Position numbers and translations under genes: made by a program. From IMG/VR virus record IMGVR_UViG_3300029156_000002, positions 21,023 to 85,022 of that record: a stretch of DNA of 64,000 nucleotides. One strand, given 5' to 3'. This DNA is from a virus. A model generated the notes under the pieces. It searched no databases. It was not told where the DNA came from and saw nothing but the letters and a program-made list of their open reading frames with translations. Positions 46,937 through 54,770 of the stretch are shown here, one piece after another. The first letter of the stretch is position 1. Each line of letters starts with the position of its first letter.

Positions 46937-47343
46937 GCTTTTGCTTTTGCTTTTGCTTTTTCTTCTGGAAGTTCTGGGGGAATTGCCCTTGCGACTACGT
47001 TATCTTTGTAGCACAAAGAAAGTTTATGTGGGCCAAAATCTGAACCTTTTTCAACAGCAACGCCAAAGAGCTTGGGGTTCCCGTGCGACCAAAAGCCTCT
47101 GGAGCCGAATACGCTTGACCGGTAATAGAAGTTGAGATCCATGACGAGCATAAGATTCGCAGGCATGATAAGCTTAAAGTTTTTGCGCTTTTCCTGCGTA
47201 AACGCCCAAATGTTTTCCCTGAACAGCGTATGCACGCACGACAGAAGTTCACGCCCAAAAGCACAAATATCGTTAGGCCCCTTGAAGCCGAACTCTCTAA
47301 GCAGTTCGCCACAGATCTGTTCGTTCATTTCTTGTTTGCTCAC
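46933..47343 (-). CDS. Hypothetical protein
   Basis: Likely GTG start in a GTGA overlap. Confidence 0.5.
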   Translation of the reverse strand: MSKQEMNEQICGELLREFGFKGPNDICAFGRELLSCVHTLFRENIWAFTQEKRKNFKLIMPANLMLVMDLNFYYRSSVFGSRGFWSHGNPKLFGVAVEKGSDFGPHKLSLCYKDNVVARAIPPELPEEKAKAKAKA

Positions 47344-47624
47344 TTTGCTTCCTTGCCGATCTTGATGCCCGCGTTTACAGCATCTAGAATCATCCCGCCG
47401 ATCGTGCGATCCCACGTTAGATCCTCCGGGCACCCCTCGTAAGAAGATGCTAGGCCGTCCCACCAATCGAGAACGACCACGTCACCTTGCCACAAGGCAC
47501 AAGACGGAGCGTCCGAAAATTTTTTATCTTCATACGTGCATAGAACCAAACCAGTCCCCTGCCAATTCCTATCGATCGAAACTGGAAGCTCGTTGTCAAA
47601 TTCGAATGTTTGTTCTTTGCTCAT
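47340..47624 (-). CDS. Hypothetical protein
   Basis: Intact acidic ORF, coupled. Confidence 0.6.
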   Translation of the reverse strand: MSKEQTFEFDNELPVSIDRNWQGTGLVLCTYEDKKFSDAPSCALWQGDVVVLDWWDGLASSYEGCPEDLTWDRTIGGMILDAVNAGIKIGKEAK

Positions 47625-47902
47625 AGCTGGGGAAGTCTTGCCGATCTTAGCTTTGGGTGCTCGCCTGTGGATGGGTTTGTAATTTTTGGCTTACCCGTTT
47701 TTACCCAAGGGCAAGGCCGCACATTGATGCGTGTGAATTGAAACTTTAGTGGAGCGTCCCTGCATCTTTCCATTGCGTAGGGAGATTCAGAGAATATCAA
47801 GTAATCATCAACCGAGAGCCAAACGGTAACGTCGTCATGAACGCGAAAATGCTCTGAGTCTGTGCTCATGATCAGTTTCTTGATCAAATTATTGATGGTC
47901 AT
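47621..47902 (-). CDS. Hypothetical protein
   Basis: Likely start ATG 47902 (MTINNL). Confidence 0.5.
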   Translation of the reverse strand: MTINNLIKKLIMSTDSEHFRVHDDVTVWLSVDDYLIFSESPYAMERCRDAPLKFQFTRINVRPCPWVKTGKPKITNPSTGEHPKLRSARLPQL

Positions 47903-48011
47903 AGCTGGGAAGTTCTCTAGGCTCTTCCGACGAATGCTTAGCCGACGAGAGCTTGACAAGCTTTGAGCTTAGCCGACGATCAACGCTTGGAGCTAATCTA
48001 GCAAAAAAGTT

Positions 48012-48035
48012 GTTGAATTTGCTTGCTAAAAAGCT
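48012..48035. repeat. 24-bp direct repeat, copy 1
   Basis: GTTGAATTTGCTTGCTAAAAAGCT, identical to 49673-49696. Confidence 0.9.
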
Positions 48036-48045
48036 AAGGAAGTTC

Positions 48046-48414
48046 CTATGGCTTTGAGGCTTCATGGATCAGCCGCTGACCCTCTTGAAGCATCCAAGCT
48101 TTCAAGCGCTCTTCGTAGGTATCTAGGTCCTCTTCGTGTTGCTTGACACGCTGTTCATGCTGCTTTAGCTCCTCTTCGTATCGCTCATTGGGCACCACAA
48201 ACGTGATCCGCCAACCTTCTTGGCTAACGAAGTCTCTGTCAAGCGTGACGTCCGTGCCGCCTAGCTCCTTGATGCATTTGAGCAAGTCGTCAAGGGATTC
48301 TCCTGTATGATCAGAATAATCCGCATAATCAATTGTCAAAGTTTCTAGCGGAGGATCTGGCGGCCAAGAGCTTGGCTGATGTGGTTTGCTTTTGATATCT
48401 AGAAATGGATTCAT
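48046..48414 (-). CDS. Hypothetical protein, paralog of 32388..32720
   Basis: YSDHTGESL...NERYEEELKQHE...YEERLKAW. Confidence 0.6.
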   Translation of the reverse strand: MNPFLDIKSKPHQPSSWPPDPPLETLTIDYADYSDHTGESLDDLLKCIKELGGTDVTLDRDFVSQEGWRITFVVPNERYEEELKQHEQRVKQHEEDLDTYEERLKAWMLQEGQRLIHEASKP

Positions 48415-48674
48415 GCTTTGTTCTGCTTTTGTGTGCTAGCTTATGGTCAAGTTAATTTGCTAGAAAAGTTGGTCAAGAAGTTGCTTTGTAGCCTAGCTTA
48501 CATTAGCGTTATTTCGCTAAAAAAGTTGGTGGATTTTTTGCAGGTCGCACATTGCCCTAGATGCGGGCTTCGCGCACAATTTTGGGTATAGTGGGGGGTG
48601 CTATGCCTCACACATCCCTAGCATCTAAGCTATTGTGCTTTCCCTGCTCCTGTGCCCCTATGCAACTGTGCTTA

Positions 48675-48893
48675 TTAGCTGATCATGCTCTCTCCATTCG
48701 CCGCCGGCATCGCTGCAATAAACACAGACTCCCCAGCATCAAGCAAAACTGCTCGCAAGTTCTGAGCAAGAACGCTCATCCGCTCTTGTGGTTCAGCATC
48801 TGTCAGGATTTGTTGCACGACAGCATTTGCGCTGATGATGCTGTTACGCACGCTCACTGTAGCGCTGGTTAGCTTCTGCTCCTTGCTGTCCAT
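48675..48893 (-). CDS. Hypothetical protein (72 aa, leaderless)
   Basis: ATG 48893 (MDSKEQKL) lies 6 nt after a -10 box. Confidence 0.6.
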   Translation of the reverse strand: MDSKEQKLTSATVSVRNSIISANAVVQQILTDAEPQERMSVLAQNLRAVLLDAGESVFIAAMPAANGESMIS

Positions 48894-48899
48894 ACATAC

Positions 48900-48928
48900 A
48901 TCGTACATACACGCTTGCCCGGCGTCAA
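48900..48928 (-). promoter_or_regulatory. Leaderless promoter TTGACG-17-TACGAT, 6 nt to ATG
   Basis: Read directly from sequence. Confidence 0.75.
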
Positions 48929-49457
48929 GAACTTTCCTAGCTTTAAGCGCTAGAACCACACGTCATCCCTTAGCTTCATAGCGCCTTATGCGCATCAGCA
49001 GGCACGCTAGAGCGCTTGGTTCTCTTAGAACGTGCTAAAGCAGCTATATGCATGCAAACTCTCTTAGCGTGGCCGCTAGGGCGCTTATCATGCAGATTTA
49101 GCTTATGTGCGGTATCGCCAAGGGCGCTCTCTATGCATGCCCTGTGCCAAACGAAGCCAGGCACCTTAGCGTGCAAATTTAGAGCGTTGATATTCCTAAG
49201 CTTTGATGCTGGGAAAGTTGAATGATATCAAGGGGGCAAATTGGCTCTGTAGCAGGTCTAGCTAGGCCGCTAAGCGTTTGGCATACCTATTGATTTCATT
49301 ATCGCGCATAGGAATGTGACCTACGGTTAAATTCATCAGCTAAGGTGCCTAGGAGCTTTGAGCTTAGCTGCAGAAAAAGTTGGGGTGCTTTAGTAAGCAC
49401 TCTCTAGCGCTCCGCGGCTTATCCTCCATCCTGTGCATTCTCCCAGCACATAGAACG

Positions 49458-49491
49458 AAAAAAGCCCCCTAGCAGTTAAGCTAGAGAGCTT
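49458..49491 (-). terminator. Intrinsic terminator inside the non-coding region
   Basis: GCTCTCTAGC/GCTAGGGGGC stem (two G-U pairs) plus 6-T run. Confidence 0.7.
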
Positions 49492-49672
49492 GATTAGCTT
49501 ATGCAGCTTCCGTACCAAGGCAGCCTAGCATAGCTAACTCAGAAGCTACTTAAAATCGTTAGCATAATGCATGCCAGCTTGAAAGCTAATGATTACATGC
49601 TCTTAGGTTGGCACAGCCCGTGCAGGATGCACGTTGCATGCCAGCTCCCTTAGCTCACATGCCGTGTAACTC

Positions 49673-49696
49673 GTTGAATTTGCTTGCTAAAAAGCT
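49673..49696. repeat. 24-bp direct repeat, copy 2
   Basis: Identical to 48012-48035. Confidence 0.9.
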
Positions 49697-49911
49697 GATT
49701 GAATTAGAAAGTGCGCGGATCGCGCTTGGCGCGCTCGGTCACAACTCACCAACAAACCAACTTTCCTAGCTATCGAGAAACAAGTTGCATAAGCTAGCAA
49801 TTTCCCTTAGCTAAGGTGCAATTCCAAGGCATATAACGCAAAAAACACGAAAAGCATCATTTCTGATACAATTCGTGTCATAGAAGAGCGTTTTTAACTT
49901 TTTATGCTTTT

Positions 49912-50196
49912 TTAGCGTAAAGCGCTTGTATGCTTAGGGCTTTTATGCTTTCGCGCTAGCTTTGCGGCCTTAGCAAAATAGACAGACATTCTCTTGAGCT
50001 GATCGGCGGCATCGTAGCCTTGCGACTTCTCCCAGACAGCGCGATCTGCGCGATCTGCAGCTACAAGAATGCAGCGTAAAGCCTCCCTTTGTCCTTCTAG
50101 ATCGTCAATGACCTTCTCCAAGCCTTCTCGATCGTCTTGCTTGAGAAGCTCACGAATTTCTATGAATAACAGCTCTATATGCTCGTCAAAGCTCAT
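49912..50196 (-). CDS. Hypothetical protein, similar to 51350..51637
   Basis: Start ATG 50196 after GGGGAAG; LLKQDDREGL...REAL. Confidence 0.6.
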   Translation of the reverse strand: MSFDEHIELLFIEIRELLKQDDREGLEKVIDDLEGQREALRCILVAADRADRAVWEKSQGYDAADQLKRMSVYFAKAAKLARKHKSPKHTSALR

Positions 50197-50200
50197 CGGC

Positions 50201-50479
50201 CTAATCTTCCCCAGCGCAACGAATTGCTTCCTCTTCGCCATCTAGAAGTTTAGCGAAAAAATGAGCTAGCTTCAATTCTTCGACAAAGCCTGACTCATGA
50301 TAAGCGATAACGTCTTCGTTTCCTTGCCTGGTCAGCACTTCAGCACATTCAGCAGCATCTGCAAGACAGGCGCATAACGTTCGTGCGTCTCCCGCCTCAT
50401 TGCTTGAACGCTCCCTTAGCTTAAGGGCTTTCAAAAGCTGATCTAGCGCCTCTTGCACAGACATTTCCTTAGCGCTCAT
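50201..50479 (-). CDS. Hypothetical protein
   Basis: Start ATG 50479 after GGGGAAGG. Confidence 0.55.
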   Translation of the reverse strand: MSAKEMSVQEALDQLLKALKLRERSSNEAGDARTLCACLADAAECAEVLTRQGNEDVIAYHESGFVEELKLAHFFAKLLDGEEEAIRCAGED

Positions 50480-50927
50480 CGGCCTTGCCTTCCCCAGCTT
50501 CTTTGCTTTCATGCTCGATAAAGCGAATTTTTACGTTCGCTAGATAATACTCTATACCTTTGCTGTCCCATTCTTGCTTGCGTTCTAGCGCGTGGACGTA
50601 AAAATCAACCTCTTTTGGCCAAGAAGTTCGCTTTTTCAGACCGTCTAATAGCGCTAGGTATTTATCTTTGCTTGACGTGTCTCCATGCATGATCAGCTCT
50701 ACTATATCGTTAGCGGATGAATAAGCAAAATCTTCAGGCTCAAAACCCTTGCCGTCTTCGCGCCACCAAGGACAGAAGATCTCAACGTATTCATGTTCTT
50801 CTGCTGTCTCGTCATTCTCATAGGGCGAGCAAGTAGGCAAATGAGCGCTTGCGAGGGTATTGAATAATTCGCTTCGGAGCTTAGATGCAAATCTAGCTTT
50901 AAGCGTGTTTCCTGGATCGTATGACAC
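50469..50927 (-). CDS. Hypothetical protein, paralog of 50932..51345
   Basis: GTG 50927; ANDIVELI...DGLKKRTSWP. Confidence 0.6.
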   Translation of the reverse strand: MSYDPGNTLKARFASKLRSELFNTLASAHLPTCSPYENDETAEEHEYVEIFCPWWREDGKGFEPEDFAYSSANDIVELIMHGDTSSKDKYLALLDGLKKRTSWPKEVDFYVHALERKQEWDSKGIEYYLANVKIRFIEHESKEAGEGKADER

Positions 50928-50931
50928 CGGC

Positions 50932-51345
50932 CTAGCCTTCTTCCCCAGCTTCAACGAAACGAAGCATGATCGTCATGTCGAATAGCCTTTTGCTAGCATC
51001 ATCCTCATCCTCAGTTTCATTAACTTTGCTAACATAATAGCAAAACTGTTCTGGCCATTCTACACGCTTTTTCAAGCCATCAATCTTATCGCCATTTTCC
51101 ATAGCTGAATTAACGATCAAATCAAGCAAATCGTTTGCTGCTATCTGGGCATGAGAGTCTACATTATACTCGCTTTTTAGACCATCATATGGACATACCA
51201 ACGCTATATATGCACTTTCGCTAGAACGCTGATCTTCAAATCTTTCTAGCACAGGAAAGGGCATGTGCGTAGGCAGCATGTATCTCCGCAGATTCGCCTC
51301 TAATGCGTTAGAGAACTTTTTGATGTCATTTTCTTGCTCGTCCAC
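50932..51345 (-). CDS. Hypothetical protein, paralog of 50469..50927
   Basis: ANDLLDLI...DGLKKRVEWP. Confidence 0.6.
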   Translation of the reverse strand: MDEQENDIKKFSNALEANLRRYMLPTHMPFPVLERFEDQRSSESAYIALVCPYDGLKSEYNVDSHAQIAANDLLDLIVNSAMENGDKIDGLKKRVEWPEQFCYYVSKVNETEDEDDASKRLFDMTIMLRFVEAGEEG

Positions 51346-51349
51346 AGGT

Positions 51350-51637
51350 CTATTCTCCCAGCTCCTCTAGCTCCTTCGCTAGTTTTTTTGCCTCTTTTAA
51401 ATTCTTCTGAGCATCCCTATCAAGGCGCTTGATCCAGCTGCTATCGGGCTTCTCCTCTCTTGTCTTTATCCAATAGACAGCATCCTCGCTATCGATAGTT
51501 GCATTTTGCAACGCTTGTAGCGCTTTGCGTTCTAAATCAAAACTTTCGCTCAACGTTAGAAGCCCTTCATGATCCTCTTGCTTCCTTAGCTCTAGAATTT
51601 TTTCCGAAACCCTTTCAACTCGCTCTTTCAACATCAC
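51350..51637 (-). CDS. Hypothetical protein, similar to 49912..50196
   Basis: ELRKQEDHEGL...RKAL. Confidence 0.6.
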   Translation of the reverse strand: MMLKERVERVSEKILELRKQEDHEGLLTLSESFDLERKALQALQNATIDSEDAVYWIKTREEKPDSSWIKRLDRDAQKNLKEAKKLAKELEELGE

Positions 51638-52188
51638 AAATTCCCCTTAGCACGCTCAGTCTCTACAATTTTGCAAGCAGAAACGAACGCTTGTTGCTCA
51701 ATGCGCTTGTACTCTTTTAGCGCTGGTTGCTTGATGCGCTGGTACTTTTCTAGCGCTGGTTTCTTGATGCGCTGGTACTCTTCATGCGCTTGTTGCTGAA
51801 TGCGCCTGTACTCTTCATGCGCTTGTTGCTGAATGCGCCTGTACTCTTCATGCGCTTGTTGCTGAATGCGCTCGTATTCTTCTAACGCTTGTTGCTGAAT
51901 GCGCTGGTACTCTTCCCACGCTGGTTGCTCGATGCGCTGGTACTCTTCCTGCGCTGGTTGCTTGATGCGCTCGTATTCTTCATACGCTGGTTGCTGAATG
52001 CGCCTGTACTCTTTCTGTGCTTTCTCAGGCAAGAAAGGCAGGATAAACAAGAAATCTAATCCAGCGTCGATAGCCTTCTTAGCGTTTTCAGCGTTGACCT
52101 TGCATCCTTCTGGGAAAACGTTAGAAAATGTTTCGATTCCACTTTTGCAAGCGTGATGCTCTCTCAGCACCTCTTCTGTTATGTACAT
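51634..52188 (-). CDS. 11-aa repeat protein B (9 full + 1 partial repeats)
   Basis: Same N-domain and FVSAC end as protein A. Confidence 0.85.
   Translation of the reverse strand: MYITEEVLREHHACKSGIETFSNVFPEGCKVNAENAKKAIDAGLDFLFILPFLPEKAQKEYRRIQQPAYEEYERIKQPAQEEYQRIEQPAWEEYQRIQQQALEEYERIQQQAHEEYRRIQQQAHEEYRRIQQQAHEEYQRIKKPALEKYQRIKQPALKEYKRIEQQAFVSACKIVETERAKGNL
51688..52005. repeat. 33-bp tandem repeat array B
   Basis: Same unit as array A; 318 bp. Confidence 0.95.
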
Positions 52189-52433
52189 GATTTGCCTAAT
52201 GCTTCCGCTGCATGCCTTGCAGCTAGCTTTTTGTATTCATCTATCATGCTTTTCCTTTGATTCACAAGCTTAACGTCATCAAAATACCTGCAATTGAAGC
52301 ACAAAAGGTGTACTTGCTTTTCTAGCGCTCCTAGCATGTCAAATAAACTGTCAAGTTTGCGTAAAGGATCAGAGCTCTTTTGAGCATCATAAACGATGCG
52401 CTGAATCTCTTTTTCTAGCTGAACTGCATTCAC
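52179..52433 (-). CDS. Hypothetical protein
   Basis: Intact ORF. Confidence 0.55.
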   Translation of the reverse strand: MNAVQLEKEIQRIVYDAQKSSDPLRKLDSLFDMLGALEKQVHLLCFNCRYFDDVKLVNQRKSMIDEYKKLAARHAAEALGKSCT

Positions 52434-52441
52434 TTTGGACT

Positions 52442-52768
52442 CTAATCCTCAAACTGCTTGTCTTCTAGAATGTGAACAAACATAGATGCATCTGCATCCG
52501 CCTCAAGAATAGCTCGCCTAGCTTGAGAGCTGTGGAATTCAACAGACTGACTATGACCCGTTAGACCTAACTCGAAAGCCGCGCGCTTTGATGTAACATG
52601 CGCCCTAAGCTCGCCTAACATCTGCCCTAGGGTGCCAAAGGCATACATCTTCTGATCGTAGCTCCCTCCGCTCTCAGCAGCTGAGCATAGGCGCTCAATG
52701 AGGTCAGGCAGGCACGCTATAGCGTCTTTGTCAGCGTCTTTGGGCACGATCTGCGTCTCCTTGCTCAT
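52442..52768 (-). CDS. Hypothetical protein (near-leaderless)
   Basis: ATG 52768 (MSKETQ), 8 nt after TAAGCT. Confidence 0.6.
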   Translation of the reverse strand: MSKETQIVPKDADKDAIACLPDLIERLCSAAESGGSYDQKMYAFGTLGQMLGELRAHVTSKRAAFELGLTGHSQSVEFHSSQARRAILEADADASMFVHILEDKQFED

Positions 52769-52776
52769 TAGCGAAA

Positions 52777-52805
52777 AGCTTATCAATAAATTGCAAGTCT
52801 AGCAA
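52777..52805 (-). promoter_or_regulatory. Promoter TTGCTA-17-TAAGCT, 8 nt to ATG
   Basis: Read directly. Confidence 0.6.
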
Positions 52806-52912
52806 CTGATCGCTTGCATAGTCTGAACAAATCGCATGATTGAGCAGTTGCTGGGCAAGATTAAAGAGCTCATTAGCTGGTTTTCTCATCGGTCTACCTT
52901 TCCCAGCCCTTC

Positions 52913-53137
52913 TTACCCCTCACACGGAGCACAGAGAGCGATATTAGCATCATGCCAACCTCTGGCCCAGCTATCAAGCGCTGGGAGAGAGGAGCAGATC
53001 TCGTTTGTCGTGCTTTTCTTGATGTACTTCATCAAAGCAGGATCGTGGCAAGGAGTCGACATGCGGCCAGCCACGAAAGCGACAGTTCCGAGATCGTAGG
53101 CTTTCGCGTCGTGGAGTTTCTTCTTTGCGTCGTTCAT
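52913..53137 (-). CDS. Second Rmf-like small protein (leaderless)
   Basis: AYDLGTVAFVAGRMSTPC...WARGWHDA. Confidence 0.55.
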   Translation of the reverse strand: MNDAKKKLHDAKAYDLGTVAFVAGRMSTPCHDPALMKYIKKSTTNEICSSLPALDSWARGWHDANIALCAPCEG

Positions 53138-53143
53138 GTTTTG

Positions 53144-53171
53144 AGTATACCGGCTTTGAGCTTAGATGCAA
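53144..53171 (-). promoter_or_regulatory. Leaderless promoter TTGCAT-16-TATACT-CAAAAC-ATG
   Basis: Read directly; near-copy of the promoter at 54400-54427. Confidence 0.7.
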
Positions 53172-53197
53172 GCGAATTCTCGAACTTTTTTCGCTTT

Positions 53198-53767
53198 TTA
53201 AGCGCACTTGCCGCACGCAGAGATGAACGCTTGTTGCTTGATGCGCTCGTACTCTTCATACGCTGGTTGCTTGATGCGCTCGTACTCTTCATACGCTGGT
53301 TGCTGAATGCGCTGGTACTTTTCTAGCGCTGGTTGCTGAATGCGCTGGTACTTTTCTAGCGCTGGTTGCTCGATGCGCTGGTACTCTTTTAGCGCTTGTT
53401 GCTCGATGCGCTGGTACTCTTTTAGCGCTTGTTGCTCGATGCGCTGGTACTTTTCTAGCGCTGGTTGCTGAATGCGCTGGTACTTTTCTAGCGCTGGTTG
53501 CTGAATGCGCTGGTACTTTTCTAGCGCTGGTTGCTCGATGCGCTGGTACTTTTCTAGCGCTGGTTTCTGAATGCGCTCGTACTCTTCCTGTGCTTTCTCA
53601 GGCAAGCAAGGCAGGATAAACAAGAAATCTAATCCAGCGTCGATAGCCTTCTTAGCGTTCTCAGCGTTTACCTTGCACCCTTCTGGGAAAACGTTAGAAA
53701 ATGCTTCGATTCCACTTTCGCAAGCGTTCTTAGATTCAAGGAATTCTTTTGTGATTTCGTCGTTCAT
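53198..53767 (-). CDS. 11-aa repeat protein C (10 full + 1 partial repeats)
   Basis: Same N-domain; FISAC end. Confidence 0.85.
   Translation of the reverse strand: MNDEITKEFLESKNACESGIEAFSNVFPEGCKVNAENAKKAIDAGLDFLFILPCLPEKAQEEYERIQKPALEKYQRIEQPALEKYQRIQQPALEKYQRIQQPALEKYQRIEQQALKEYQRIEQQALKEYQRIEQPALEKYQRIQQPALEKYQRIQQPAYEEYERIKQPAYEEYERIKQQAFISACGKCA
53228..53578. repeat. 33-bp tandem repeat array C
   Basis: Same unit as array A; 351 bp. Confidence 0.95.
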
Positions 53768-53773
53768 GAGATA

Positions 53774-53823
53774 AGTATACGGATCTATGAGTAGACTATA
53801 AGTTCTCTATGCTAGAGATGCAA
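53774..53823 (-). promoter_or_regulatory. Promoter TTGCAT-17-TATAGT plus a second TATACT 6 nt before ATG
   Basis: Two -10 boxes 21 nt apart. Confidence 0.6.
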
Positions 53824-53842
53824 GCGAATTCGACGAATTATC

Positions 53843-54136
53843 TTAGCTTTTTTCTGTCTTCAGGCGCGTTATGCGCTTCCTCTGAGCACCTGCTATATCC
53901 TCTTCAATTTGACCGGCCCATTGCTCTGGCGCTGGTTCAGCTCCCTGATCAAAGTCTGGGAAGTGCTCTCGCATAAGGGCGCTATACGCTGCGAAGCCGC
54001 GCCTATTCAAAGGAGCGACTAAGCTGGCCTCATGGAACGCTAAGAGAACCTCAGCCCGTGTCATGCGTTCTAGTTCGCTATGCGAACAGGGCAAGCGGGC
54101 TAGAAGCTCGCGAACATGGGAGCTGTAGAGTTCCAT
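53843..54136 (-). CDS. Hypothetical protein
   Basis: Intact ORF. Confidence 0.55.
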   Translation of the reverse strand: MELYSSHVRELLARLPCSHSELERMTRAEVLLAFHEASLVAPLNRRGFAAYSALMREHFPDFDQGAEPAPEQWAGQIEEDIAGAQRKRITRLKTEKS

Positions 54137-54141
54137 GCGCT

Positions 54142-54393
54142 CTACGCGCGGTTAGAGACCATCATTCCCCCAGCTGCATAGCACTTCGCGGCATTCGCGC
54201 TTTCAAACGTGTAGTGCATTTCTACTCCGTCAATTTGAAGCTTCCACTGGTTGCGCTGGATCCAAAAGACGACAATCTCAGCTTTTAGCTTCTTAGCTCG
54301 GAAAACCTTTCGATCATCATGGCTCGACCACTTAAGGCGAGATTGCGGGCGCATAACTTGAGATGCTTTGACGAAGTTTTGTGTGTTGCTCAT
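54142..54393 (-). CDS. Hypothetical protein (leaderless, MSNTQNF)
   Basis: ATG 54393, 6 nt after TATACT. Confidence 0.65.
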   Translation of the reverse strand: MSNTQNFVKASQVMRPQSRLKWSSHDDRKVFRAKKLKAEIVVFWIQRNQWKLQIDGVEMHYTFESANAAKCYAAGGMMVSNRA

Positions 54394-54399
54394 GTTTTG

Positions 54400-54427
54400 A
54401 GTATACGGTTCTAGGCAACAGATGCAA
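54400..54427 (-). promoter_or_regulatory. Leaderless promoter TTGCAT-16-TATACT-CAAAAC-ATG
   Basis: Read directly. Confidence 0.7.
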
Positions 54428-54457
54428 GTTCTTTTTGAGCTTTCCTGCTTTTTTTCT

Positions 54458-54724
54458 TTAGTATCCTTGCTGAGCCAAGATCGCCCCTTCGTAATCAGGC
54501 CCCTGGCATTCTTCGCACGATGCAGAGAGCGCGGCACGCGCAGCGATTTTGCGCCAATTGTCGTTCCACTCAAGCCCAGCGGCATCAACAATCAGAGGAA
54601 GCGCGGAAGCGCGGACGTTCTCAAGATCGTGCTCTCCCTCGGGGTCTGCCTTCAAACCCAAAAGCAAGTCAAGCTCTGCATCGCGGAGGTTTGTGATGTC
54701 GATGAGGTTTTGTGCGTTGCTCAT
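54458..54724 (-). CDS. Hypothetical protein (leaderless, MSNAQNL)
   Basis: ATG 54724, 7 nt after TAAGGT. Confidence 0.65.
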   Translation of the reverse strand: MSNAQNLIDITNLRDAELDLLLGLKADPEGEHDLENVRASALPLIVDAAGLEWNDNWRKIAARAALSASCEECQGPDYEGAILAQQGY

Positions 54725-54731
54725 GTTTATT

Positions 54732-54760
54732 ACCTTACAGCCGCCCAACCCACTTGTCAA
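54732..54760 (-). promoter_or_regulatory. Leaderless promoter TTGACA-17-TAAGGT with upstream A-tract
   Basis: Read directly. Confidence 0.8.
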
Positions 54761-54770
54761 CAAGTTTTTT

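Noticed and set aside
47950-47975. TAAGCT-CAAAGC-TTG as another leaderless start for 47621..47959
   Set aside because: No -35 at 16-18 nt and a TTG start, so ATG 47902 is preferred.
48561-49225. ORFs 48561..48872 (+), 48976..49176 (-) and 49016..49225 (+)
   Set aside because: No RBS or promoter and composition unlike the real genes; only 48675..48893 has support.
50191-50954. Shared N-terminal peptide KLGKARPMS in three ORF-track proteins as a targeting motif
   Set aside because: It is the translation of the shared SD/junction DNA upstream of the likelier starts (50196, 50479, 50927).
45883-53578. 33-bp repeats as a CRISPR array
   Set aside because: Units are head-to-tail with no spacers, stay in frame inside ORFs, and no cas genes are present.
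45883-53578. Diversity-generating retroelement behind the repeat variation
   Set aside because: Some variable codons fit NNG-from-AAG, but many adenines are invariant (TAC, ATC, last bases of CAA), C/T changes occur, and no reverse transcriptase or non-coding template repeat is in the window.
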